64,000 nt of DNA from Sporopachydermia quercuum (taxonomy: Eukaryota), in NCBI GenBank assembly GCA_001599295.1, contig BCGN01000003.1:186001-250000 (forward strand). The letters run 5' to 3'. Positions 46,242 to 57,781 of this stretch are shown piece by piece. The notes beneath the pieces are model-generated. The model saw only the letters and a list, made by a program, of their open reading frames with translations. It was not told the origin of the DNA and ran no database searches. Made by a program: the position numbers and the translations under genes. Numbering within the stretch: the stretch's first letter is position 1; each line of letters starts with the position of its first letter.

Positions 46242-49200
46242 TTATATAGTTGGGTCAATTTTTTCCAAAACTTGATGCAATTCTTTAATTAAAACATCAA
46301 CTAGTTCATTTCTATTCCATAAATCTTTCCCCTTAGTAAAAACAACATCAATCAGCTTNGAATTGATTATTTGTATTCTTTCAATAGAGCTATTGGTAGT
46401 CATACTCACCAATTCATCAAGCAAATAATGAAGTTTCTGTCCTGATAGTTGGAATTCTTCTTCCTCTTCCTCTTTTTCGTTTTCAGCATCATCATTCGCT
46501 GTTACAGTTGTATTCTTGGGAATATCAATATTTCCGTTACTCGCAGTGACTTCAACTATGTCTGATGATGTTACTTCTGCTTTGTTACTAATTGAATCCT
46601 CTGTTGCTTCTTCCATTTCAATATTATTTTCTTCTAGGGCTCCGTCTTTCAATAGATTTATGTCATTGTCATCTTGCTGTAAATCACCATTGATTGCAGT
46701 TGTAGTTGTGATGGTCTCACCTTCACCATTGGCCAATAATAATGCCGTCGTTTCTGTTTGAGCANCAATCAACCTACCATTATTTCCGACATCTTCATTA
46801 TCCGCGTCCGCTATCTCTTCCGCTTTTGCCGCCTCTTCGGCCTCGTCTTCCGTTTTTCCTCTTTCGGCATTCTTCCGATCTTCAATTTTCTCTCTCTGCC
46901 TCATCTTTTTACATTCAGCTATAAAATTAGGATCAATTGTCGAAACCTCATCAACAAGCACTTGAGCATTCGTATACATTTCAGACGCTTTCAAAATCCT
47001 CTCTCGATCTCCACTTTCTTTACTATCAGCATAAATTAACTCAATATCCTTTAAAAACTGCTTGGGCTCACTATAGAACCCATTCCAAAGCCTTTCCTCA
47101 ACTACATCTAAATCCATATTATAGAACTTCTTCCCCGTGCTGACTTCAAGTATCATTGTCCCGGTTTCATCTTTAACATATGGTTGCGGTGGTCGTAGAG
47201 GATCTTCCGGTTCGAATAGATGAACTAATAGATAATCATCAATTATTGGTTTTTTGAACTTGCGGTACCTTTTACTGAATAAATCCATAATGCCAGATAG
47301 TTTTACTTTCAAAAGATTTTTCAGCTGCATATCTCGTTTCCTCTGAGCTCTTAGTTCTTGTTCTGTCATTGGTTTCTCTTGTAAGACAGGCATTGGGACC
47401 ACTGGAAGCTCAGGAAGAGGTTTATGCCTTTTCTGTTTATTTGACAGTTCTATTGGCTTCATTCCAACAGCTTTAAGCAATCCCTGCTTGAAAAAAAGGC
47501 TTCGTTCGCTCTCATTCGGTTTCCCTAATCGGAAACAATTTTCCGATGAATACCCGAACATTCCTACAAGCTGCGGTGGCAAATCTTCTGCTTCACAATG
47601 GGCTACAGCTAGTACCAGTATTTCTTCTGAGGGGAGAATTGTTTGTAGCAGACCAGAAAAAGTGGCTCTTGCTGCTTCAGAAATCGTTCCAAACCACATT
47701 TCGACGTTTGGGATGTAAATAATNCTTGGTTTATGCCTTCTTGCTTCTACCATTAATTGGATAATAGCAGCTTCAGGTGTTCTGGTGACGTCTCCAAATA
47801 CTGTGGCCATATCTAAAGCTTGGACATGCATGCCTTCAAGTTTATGTAATAAAGCCGGTCCGATGAACTCCTGGCCTAATCCTGGTTCACCCGTGATCAG
47901 CATTCTTGGTCGAAACACACGGGCCGTCTGCATTTCTCGATGAGTTTCTTGAGATTTCCAGTCATTGTTGAGAGTTCCGTTGCTTCCCGAGATGATTTCC
48001 GAAACTCCGGAAAGACCCGCAGGGTTACTAACATTGGATTTCAATGGCCGAGCAACAATTCTCGATACTTTAATTGCTAGCTGAGTCACATATGACTCTA
48101 ACAACGGTTCTAGACCTTTCGGAAGTGGCTCAGCTAATGAAGCTATATTTCGAGCCGATGAAGGAACTATTTTCTCCACAGCTCGGAAAAAATCCCCCGC
48201 TTCAACATTAATCTTCTCTGGTTGAACTAATAGCTTTTGATCCGATCGGTATATCTGGGGATACGTCCTCTGTATAGAGTTTAATGCTGCTTCCGTGCAA
48301 AGCGCTCTCAAATCAGCTCCTCCGTAACCTTTCGTAAGCTCTGCTAATCGGTCTAATACCGCTCCGTCTAAGCTCGGCTGCCATTTTCTTGTATGAATGC
48401 TAAGAATCTCTCTCCGCGCCGCTAAACCCGGTAATGGGAAGTACATTTCTCGATCAAACCGGCCAGGCCTTCTTAAAGCCGGGTCAACAGAATCGGGTCT
48501 ATTAGTTGCACCGATAACAATCACCTGACCTCGGTTATCCATGCCGTCCATTAAAGCCAATAGGGTCGAAACTATAGAAGCGTGTATTTGTTCCTGCTTG
48601 CTCGATCTTACAGGGGCTAAGCCGTCTATTTCGTCGAAAAAGATTATACTGGGCTGTTCCTTTTTAGCTTCTTCAAATAGTAATCTTAATTGTCTTTCGG
48701 CTTCACCGACCCATTTAGATAAACAATCGGCACCTTTACGCATAAAAAACGTGATCTTCCGTCCAGGAGCAGAACAGCTAGCTGCCAAAGCTCGGGCCAT
48801 TAAGGTTTTACCAGTGCCCGGAGGTCCATGAAACAATACCCCGCGAGGTGGAGTAATTCCGAACCTTTGGTAAACCTCGGGATATAGTAAAGGTAGGGCA
48901 ACCATTTCTTTTAACTGATCGATGTAACCGTCCAAGCCCCCAACGCTTGTAAAATCAATATTCATGTCCACTCCCAATGGGTCTGAATCGGCCAGTGTGG
49001 CTTTTTTAGACCCAGTTCCGGTTCCAGTTCCGGTTCCAGTTCCGGTTCCAGCTGGCACTAGGGACACACCACCAGAAGTACCCGCGGGACCAGCTACAAC
49101 TGTTCCGACAATAGGATCATCATCGGAATCATCATCGGCTATAGCTCCAGGAGCCGAAGGGATGCCCGAGGAGTTAGTTCCCAAGATAGCAGTTACATCC

Positions 49201-50335
49201 GCTCCTCCGAATGGTCCCACTGTGGGGAACAGCCTTCTTATGCCACCAGTAGCAGTAAATCCAGCTGCTGCGCCACGGCCTCTTCTCGGCGTGGCTGGCG
49301 CTCTCTGTGCCGCAGGCTCTTCTACTATTGGATCGTCCGCAGTTAGTGGAGGGGGAATCTCGTAATTGATCTCCTTCCGAGCTCTTAAATGTAGTTTCCG
49401 AGTTGGCCCTTCTACTTCTTCCGCTTCTTGCTCCGAATCCGAAGCTAATGGTGGTGGGGATTCCGAAGATTGCAAATCCTCTAGCTCCTCTTCCAAAGTT
49501 AAGGTTCGGTCTTTCTCAGAATCTTCTTCGTCAGTTGACATTACTATGTTACCGGAGCGGGTTATTCCGGATTTACTCCTTCTAGCTGTTTTGCGGGATC
49601 CAGATTTGCCAAAACCCCTTTTTGTTTTGCCAGAAGAACCGGTCTTCCCTCGTTTCCTTTTCCGACTTCCGTTCTGACGGACATGGCGAACCCCTTCCGA
49701 CCAAGAATCTTCGTCATCGTCGATATCATCATCGTCTTTAGCAATAAATGAAGCAACTCTTTGCTTTCGGGTTCTTCCCGAAGGGGAATCGGCTAGATCG
49801 TCAATTGCATCCGAAAGCTCATCTAGATCCTCAGAATTAAATTCTCCTTCGTCAACATATTCCTCGTCATCGGAGCCTTTCAATCGAGAATCTCGACCTT
49901 TCCGACTTCTCCGCTGTCTTCCGATTCCAGCCATAGTTTCCTTTACGAGATCTTCCGTAGTTGTTTGCGCTGCGTCTATAGTAAAGAGAATATGTTAGTA
50001 GTTTGAACCAGAAAGTAAACGACATGACAATGCTCCCAAATGTATAGAACAGAACATTCATGATGACTATCAAATCGGTACTTACCGAAATCTTGAGCCT
50101 CATCTTTTAATCCCTGTAATTCTTCATTGTATTCTTCAACTGCTGCTTCGGTAAATTGACTGTCTCCATCTTTACTTGTAATATCTGTTTCGTCACCATC
50201 ATCAGACTCCACATAACTAGTAGCTTGTCTAGTTCTTTTCTTCGGGAGCTTGACCAAAGATTCTCCGAAGGAGTCCTCTGACCGGAGTAAACTTGGTGGT
50301 TTTAATGCTCGTTGNTGTTTTTTCTTTCCTGCCAT
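46242..50335 (-). CDS. YTA7: AAA+ ATPase/bromodomain protein Yta7 (ATAD2); exons 50335-50086, 49975-46242
   Basis: GPPGTGKT, FFDEIDG, SRH LRRPGRFDRE, second AAA domain and atypical bromodomain. Phase-1 intron GTAAGT..TACTAAC..TAG joins the 119-aa ORF in frame. Confidence 0.95.
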
Positions 50336-51519
50336 GATGCAATGTTATTATACTGTAGGTTGATGTCCGATATTATGATACTATTGTGGTGACTGTGATT
50401 ATGGTGTTGTTGTTTTCAAATGCTAGACTATGAATCTTTGGATTGATGACTCAATATTTATATTGTATGCTTTCCATACAAAAACGAAAACAGAAACAAA
50501 AAAAAGAAAAAAGAAAAAAAAAAGTACAAAACACCAGTGAGGAACAGTAGAGACGAAGCCAGTAATTGGTTGCACCGTGTTTCACCTCAGTTCAGACTGT
50601 AGCCTTGATTGCAATACTGCAATGAAAATGATACGCGTCCAAAGGTGATATAATAAACTGATAAACGTATTTTAACAGATCATTGATTCATTATTCATTG
50701 TACTATTGCTATTTTATTATCTATCAATAGAACGACAACACAATGAATAATATCATGTATTACAATCAACTCAATTAATAGTTACTCAGAAGCAAGTAAG
50801 GAACCACACAATGGCAAAGATAATTGAAAATAGCAGCCAGAAAATTAGAAAGCCGTCTTGTGTATCCTCAGAACGGTTGGCAAAGAAATGAAAAAGCAAT
50901 TGACGAGCGTCTCAAATCTAGATATGCTGTATTCTATCTGACAATTGATCTCACTGACNGTGATGAGATTGATGAATTGAAAGGTTCAAATGATCCATTT
51001 GTAAGGATTGAATGTGATTATATGTGGCGGAAGAGGGGTGATATAGAGACTTTTGGCTATAGGTATGGGTGCAGGTACGAGTATGTATTAATAGCAGGAA
51101 TGTGCAGGCAGGANCAGGGAGAGATGACAGGTTAGAGAGAAGGGGGAAGGAAGAATGAATACTGCAGATATGGCATTCTGAATATTATTAAAGGAGATAC
51201 TGAGTAGGAAGCGAATTTGGGTACGTGAAATGGAAAGGAAGTATCGGTTATTGTAGATGCGAAGTATGCAATGATTATGTGTAGTGAGTGCCCAAAAGAA
51301 GTGTAGAGATGAGATATAATTTCTTTCTGGACGAACATCAACCCTGAACTTGCACTCTCGCTTCTAAAAATGATGTTTCGATATTTGATTCAGTTTACTA
51401 ACAAATTATTTCATTTCGAAGTAGACATTTCTCAAATCAGTCTGAACTGTTCTCAATCACTCTACACACAGCTCTTCACATGATCTTGATAACCACTAGT
51501 GATATTGTTGTCACGTGCA

Positions 51520-51607
51520 GGCCCGATGGTTTAGTGGTATAATTCTCGCTTAGGGTTTACCTTGAGGAATTTGCGAGAGGTCCCGGGTTCAATTCCCGGT
51601 TGGGCCC
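51520..51607 (+). tRNA. tRNA-Pro(AGG) with 16-nt intron (51556-51571)
   Basis: GGCCCGA/TTGGGCC acceptor stem, CTCGC-TTAGGG^T-GCGAG anticodon arm, GGTTCAATTCC T arm, T-run downstream. Confidence 0.93.
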
Positions 51608-52443
51608 AGTTTGTTTTTACCGCTTGGTTTCTTTAAGTTTTTTAATTCAAATTAAACTGTAAGTTGTTTATAGTTTGTTCGACAGAATATTGCATGATGA
51701 AAAAGAAGTTAAAGCCTATTCTCCACACCAAGTAAGGGTTTCAATGTTTAAGGCAAGGCATACAAGGAATAATTGTGAAAGCCGCTCATAGTTCTCTATT
51801 CAAAAGATTCAGGTATCCTGTTGCAGTTGCATACATTTGATATAAGATTGCCCTGTGATTGGTGCTTGAATTAAACGGCTTGCCTGTTCCTTGTTTAACA
51901 AAGTGAACTTGAAAAGAGGAAACTTCATGTATGGTTATCAATTGATGATGTAGATCGTTACTATCGGATACTATCAGGCTTACTCTACTTCGCTGAATAC
52001 TTATTATTTAACGCATATTTCAGTTGTTATAATATAGAGTTTCGGTGGAGGAGAATTCACGTCTAGTACGACCCTAGAATTAACAGAAAGAAGGAACTCT
52101 GGGTATGTAATAGCTTGAACCGAGGATAATACAGATCCGCCAGTGTATTAACTGTAAATGGGACATTCTAGCATATAATTATATGATAGACACCAGCTGG
52201 ATTCGTGACCCCTTACTTCTGAATATCTACTATTATGCTCCGTCCTGCGGTTTACTTAGTTCATTGTTATAAATACCAATTAGTTTGCCTATATTCATCA
52301 CATCTAAAACTCTATATCATTTGAACTTTTTTGTTTTCCTTTGTCTTTCAATTGCTCTTCAGATGAAAGCTACGAGATCCACAACAGGAAAAATCTATTT
52401 CACACAGTATAATTACTGAATAATATCAAAAACAATATTAAAA

Positions 52444-53451
52444 ATGCCTATTTCAAAACACATATTATCTACAGATTCTGATTTGCCATCATTGGCAGAC
52501 ATTAAAGCAAAGAACGAAAAGGAAAATCCAGATCTTCCACCGGAAACTGCGTGGATCTGGGGTCCTGACGATGAGCTTGGAAGAGTTAATCTTCTTACTC
52601 CAGAAAGAGTTTTGAATGCTAAGAAGGAAATTGAATCAGGAACCGTGGCATCCTTAAATTGGTCAATTTTACTCCCTGATGCTCCTTCTTTTTCGCGTCC
52701 AAAAGCTACCTGGAAATTAAGACCCATGGGCCATTGGTTTGACGACGAGATCATAATGAATACTCAGTCAGGTTCTCAATTCGATGGGTTCAGGCATTTC
52801 CCTCATTTACCCACTAATATGTATTACAACAATTTGAAACCTGATGAAATTGATTCCGATTCAATTCGGTGTGGTATTCAAGCTATGGCGGAAAGAGGAA
52901 TTGCCGGAAGAGGNGTTTTGTTAGATTTTGCCTCTTGGGCAGAGGAAAAAGGTATTGAATATGATGCATTCACATCTTACAAAATTACTGTTGATCAGTT
53001 AAAACAAATTGCTGCCCATCAAGGAACTGAATTTCAAGTTGGGGATATCTTGCTTGTAAGATCAGGTTGGATGAAGAGTTACGAAGCGAAAAGAGATAAA
53101 GATCCTCGCTCAGTTAGAGGATCTCCTAATCCTAGTCATATTGGGGTGGGACAGGGCGAAGAAGCTAAAGAATGGCTTCATGATAATTATTTCTCCATTG
53201 TGGGTGGTGATTCACCATCATTTGAAACTTGGCCTTTTGGTTATGATGCAGGAACTGGAGCAGGTGCAGAGAATGCTTTGCACAACTTTTTGCTATGTTG
53301 CTGGGGTGTCTTGATTGGTGAGATGCTTGATTTGGAGGATCTGGCAGAGAAATGCAAGAAAGCGAAGAAATGGTCTTTCTTTTTCACTTCTGCACCTATC
53401 AATTCACCTGGCGGTGTAGCAACTCTGGCCAATTCATTAGCTATTCTTTGA
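52444..53451 (+). CDS. Putative cyclase / kynurenine-formamidase-like metal hydrolase
   Basis: WGPDDELGRVNLL, NTQSGSQFDGFRH, GIAGRxVLLD, GDILLVRSG, IGEMLDLEDL, FFFTSAP: fungal cyclase-family motifs. Confidence 0.85.
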   Translation: MPISKHILSTDSDLPSLADIKAKNEKENPDLPPETAWIWGPDDELGRVNLLTPERVLNAKKEIESGTVASLNWSILLPDAPSFSRPKATWKLRPMGHWFDDEIIMNTQSGSQFDGFRHFPHLPTNMYYNNLKPDEIDSDSIRCGIQAMAERGIAGRXVLLDFASWAEEKGIEYDAFTSYKITVDQLKQIAAHQGTEFQVGDILLVRSGWMKSYEAKRDKDPRSVRGSPNPSHIGVGQGEEAKEWLHDNYFSIVGGDSPSFETWPFGYDAGTGAGAENALHNFLLCCWGVLIGEMLDLEDLAEKCKKAKKWSFFFTSAPINSPGGVATLANSLAIL

Positions 53452-55997
53452 TTATTGATGTTTGGTCATTGGATTAGTGATATATTAAAATATAGCAACG
53501 GTCTCTTTTCCTTATATACGACTTATAGTTGACAATTACGATCAGGAATTATATGAATCATTGATTATCTTCAACGTAGCGTAGCTCTCAACTTGTCAAT
53601 TGACTTCAAAATAACGTTGTAAACCTTAAAGTTTAATAAGAATAAACACTGTAGGTTTCCTAAATCAGAAAGACTTGACTTTGAATTCAANAATGAATTC
53701 TTATGAGCTATCAAATTCAGTTTGCAAATTAGAGTTTAGTGTACATGAAAGCTACATTAAAGAACATGTTAAGACATTAAAGAGTGTGATCTTGTTAACT
53801 GTTTAATTGAAAGTTGAACAAAGTAACCAGCCTGTTATGTTAATTATTTCTCAATTAATTCCAGCTTTCCAATTCGTAGGACCGTAATAGTTTGTAGACC
53901 AACATACATATACTATGTAGTTATGAATAAAGTTTACAGTTTTCAAGTAGATGAGGAATGAAGATTACACATTAGACAATACAATGTATTGAAATCTATA
54001 AAGAAATAGGTTTCAATAATTACTATCTATCTTACTATTTTTTTTCATCACCCAAAGAGCTTTATTAGAACGTTAAAATGTAAGAGTATTGTATTACTCT
54101 GATTGTCAGCCATTGAAATTTCAACAATAATCGAAATGCATCAATAAAGCATTACAGTTTATATTGAAGTTTGAATTAGAAAGCTAAATAGAACTTAATT
54201 TGTTATCATTATCACAAAAGAAAAATTCTCTTAAAAAAAAATTCAATCAGTTATTCATGGGAAAAATTGTTTAGAATAAATCTATTGTTATTATTGTAAT
54301 GGCTAAAGCCTGTAAGCTGCACATAGCAGAGAACAATTAACTGAGGTTAGAAGGTAAGTAATGAGAACTACAGAGTTTTATTCATACTAAATCAAGAGCC
54401 AATTCACNAAGCTCATCAGAACCATCCTGACTTTCTATAGTAGTACTCTCGGAATACTGTTCATTGATTCTCCACAAAACATCATATCGTTGGGCTGCAT
54501 ATGCCTATTCAACAGGCTTTACTATATCAACTATTACCACTAGTATATTTGGTTAATTTCTCTTAGTTAACTCAATTCTTTATCAAATAGATTTAGCCAT
54601 CTAGTTCATTGTTTGATTGTCTTGATTTATGGTAAAAAGAGTGTTGGCTATAAAATGGGATATCTAATAAAATAAGAAAGAGACTTTACTAGGCTCTACA
54701 TGCTTGTGCATGTTTCATAGTTCAGACTTAACTGTTTAGATTACGTGAACCAAAATAGTAGGACTGAGAAGCAATGAAATTGCGGAGTTTCTATTTATCA
54801 ACGATGGATGGTCTTGTACATTTAACAGGTTTCAACAGATATCAAGTGGTGGTCAACAAGGACTGAAAAGCAAGGCGATGGAGACTTTGACAAACATACT
54901 TTCTTACGATATAGAAAGAGATCAATCAGCTAATAAACAACAATCTCTCTGTCTATCATTTATCGTTGGATTCCTATTCTTTGATTTTGGACTCAATTGA
55001 ATGAACTGGATGATTCATATGCATCGATATGATACAAAATACTATTTATTATACACTATGTAACTGTCTTTACTGATTTTTGATTTTAGTGAGACCATTA
55101 AAATGTTTATGAAGAGTGTAACCTTTTCAGAGCAAAGTTATGTAGAGAAAAAAGTGAAAACTGGCCTGAAAGCCATATACCCTCAAGTTGAGAGAGGGTA
55201 GATAAGACACCCGAACTAATATTTTTCTTATGATTAGTAAGAATGATATAATACCATATATATTAAGTATCTATGAAATTTTAACTAGATAGTCTTTAAA
55301 AAACCAGGCCAACGTGGCTAATCAAAATAATCTCTAAATTTCACATTTACCATGCAGATTATATTAGCAAACATCTCTCTCCAATTCGCTCCTCTATGGT
55401 CCGTCACCAGATCATGCTCCTGATATTTCGCACATGCATCTAGTAAATGCAAATAAATCAAATAAATCAATTTATCAATCACAATTCTCTAATAGGGGAT
55501 TGGATCCTCATATCTTTATAATTAAATTTCTCTCTTTAACAATTCCCTCTAGACTTCCCTTGTTTCTGTCATCAATTTATTCATTGTTATCATTCACCCA
55601 TACTTTTTGCTTTTCCCCATTAAAGATTTATCCGACTGCTGAAAATGTGGGGTAAACTTTAAACTAGTTGCTTGTTAGAAGACATTTGAGAAAAGAAACA
55701 CCAGAACAAAAGCAAGAGCAAATTAATAAAAGATGAGTAAACAGAAATATCGAATGAGCTGATATTGAAGTCGTTGGAGAGGAGAGTATATAAGTAGAAA
55801 GGATGCTAAAGTTTGGATGTAGTATGATAGAGAAAGGTTCTAACCATATGGGAGTATGGGAGATGGTGATTTGTAGACAATTGAGTACTAGGAGTGTAGA
55901 TCAATAAGGAGAGAATAGTGCAAAATAATTATCTGGATTCTTTGATGTATTATCACTATTACCTTTAGGAAGGTGTATCAGAATAAATCAGTATAAA

Positions 55998-57026
55998 ATG
56001 AGCACTGTTAATACGACAAAAGTTATTAAACCACCTCAAATAGGTGAGATGACAGAAGAGAATCATACAACCAATGTTCAACTGATCAATTCTAATCATG
56101 ATAACGAAAGATTAAAGTTTTTGTTGTCAAGAATTGTTGTTCATCTTCATGAGTTTGCAAGAGAGACCCTATTAACAACAGATGAATGGATGGCAGGTAT
56201 TGAATTTCTAACTCAAGTTGGTCAAATGTGCAGTGACATTCGTCAGGAATTCATTCTTTTATCAGATGTTCTTGGATTGTCAGTTTTAGTTGATTCATTA
56301 TCCCATCCCAAGCCTGATAATGCTACAATTGGAACATTATTAGGACCTTTCCATACAGAAGATGCACACGAAGTNGAATTAGGTGATACTATTATCAAGA
56401 ATCATCATACCACACAAAAGCCAGGTGAACCTTTAATTATATTAGGTACAGTTAAAGACACTGATGGTAATCCAATAAAAAATGCTAGTCTTGATATCTG
56501 GCATTGTGATACGGATGGACTATATGATACTCAATATGAAGATAGGGATGGACCTGATTTAAGAGGAATTTATAAAACTGATGACGAAGGAAATTTTATC
56601 ATTAAGTGTATTCGACCTGTTCCATACTCGATTCCTAGTGATGGTCCAGTTGGAAAGCTTTTGCATAAAATTGGTCGTCATACTTATAGACCTGCTCATT
56701 TGCATTTCATTATCGATGCACCTGGNTACGACCAATTGATCACCGCTTTGTATCATAAAGGTGACCCATATGAAAAAAGTGATGCCGTGTTTGGTGTTAA
56801 GAATAAGNTAGTTTTTGAGTTAGATAAGTGTGGCAAAGATGTGGCCTCTAAGTATGAGATGAACGAAGATGATTGGCTACTCAAGTGGGACTTCGTTTTG
56901 GTGAATGAAAGCGAAGCTGCTAAGATTAGAAAAGAAAGAGCTGAAAAGGTTGTTGAAGAGAACAAGAAGCATGATGTATACGTCAAGCTAGATGAAAATG
57001 GATTACCTGTTCTCGATCTTGATTAA
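55998..57026 (+). CDS. Hydroxyquinol/catechol 1,2-dioxygenase (intradiol ring cleavage)
   Basis: RQEFILLSDVLGLS, LGPF, and Fe ligands in GLYDTQY, PVPYSIP and RPAHLH; SDAVFGVK. Confidence 0.92.
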   Translation: MSTVNTTKVIKPPQIGEMTEENHTTNVQLINSNHDNERLKFLLSRIVVHLHEFARETLLTTDEWMAGIEFLTQVGQMCSDIRQEFILLSDVLGLSVLVDSLSHPKPDNATIGTLLGPFHTEDAHEXELGDTIIKNHHTTQKPGEPLIILGTVKDTDGNPIKNASLDIWHCDTDGLYDTQYEDRDGPDLRGIYKTDDEGNFIIKCIRPVPYSIPSDGPVGKLLHKIGRHTYRPAHLHFIIDAPXYDQLITALYHKGDPYEKSDAVFGVKNKXVFELDKCGKDVASKYEMNEDDWLLKWDFVLVNESEAAKIRKERAEKVVEENKKHDVYVKLDENGLPVLDLD

Positions 57027-57452
57027 ATTTATCATTATTGATTTAGTCCGTATGCCAATAAACCTATAAAGTGGATTATATGTGTAGTTTTAATGATTTA
57101 CAGGTTCAATTCATTCATGGCTTTCATTCTCATCTAAAGTACTTGACGTGCCGATTGATCTCGATCACAGAAGTTTACGAGTTACCAAAACTTTTAGATA
57201 TAAAAAGTGTAAATTAAAATAACATATACTAGCAATAAATCAATCCATTCTGATTTGAAGGTCAAATAGTTTATATACAAACAACAAGTATCAGTTGTAT
57301 TGCTGTACCATTCAAATCAATATGATACCAGCAGTGCATGAAGAGATGAGATGCAACTATGCAGAATATCAATACTTTTCATATAGTTCCTCTTCAACAT
57401 CCCAATTCAATTATCATGCCTTGATAAGTTCACATTAGATATCTTCGTCCAT

Positions 57453-57536
57453 TTATTTGCTTCCGCATCCACTGCAGCTGCATTCACCAGGCTTACAAGT
57501 GCAATCGCTATTTCCAGAACAGGTACAAGGGCTCAT
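57453..57536 (-). CDS. Copper metallothionein, Neurospora CMT type, 27 aa (absent from the ORF track)
   Basis: MSPCTCSGNSDCTCKPGECSCSGCGSK*: 7 Cys in CxC-x5-CxC-x4-CxCxxC, A at -3, TATATAA upstream. Confidence 0.9.
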   Translation of the reverse strand: MSPCTCSGNSDCTCKPGECSCSGCGSK

Positions 57537-57747
57537 TGTGTGATAGTTCTTAGATAGTAGTGTTTGAGAGATAGGTGTCTTTCAGACTTAAAGGTTTCTT
57601 TGTTTCTTTGTTTTTTTTTTGTTTGAAGTGTACGATAACTAAGTACTGTATTGTTCACTATGTGAGAGCTACTATGAAAATAAACAGCAAATCTATCACA
57701 AAATCAAATTCTGAAGATGAGAAGAAGACCGAGCCGCTTGATGCCCT

Positions 57748-57781
57748 TCTTATATATCAGGGGTTGCGCATTTTGTGCTGC
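57748..57781 (-). promoter_or_regulatory. TATA box plus Ace1/Amt1-like copper-response element of the metallothionein gene
   Basis: TATATAA on the minus strand (~57750-57756). TTTGTGCTG (57772-57780) fits the Ace1 HTHNNGCTG core. Confidence 0.45.

Noticed and set aside
49012..49050. GGTTCC/AGTTCC hexamer repeat in YTA7, and GS, poly-N and poly-E repeats in other genes
   Set aside because: Coding low-complexity slippage, not CRISPR or mobile DNA.
50811..51135. 103-aa ORF upstream of tRNA-Pro
   Set aside because: TTG start and no recognisable homology; I could not build a spliced model.
51510..51517. GTCACGTG (also at 17534) as point-centromere CDEI
   Set aside because: No AT-rich CDEII or correctly spaced CDEIII follows; here a tRNA gene follows.
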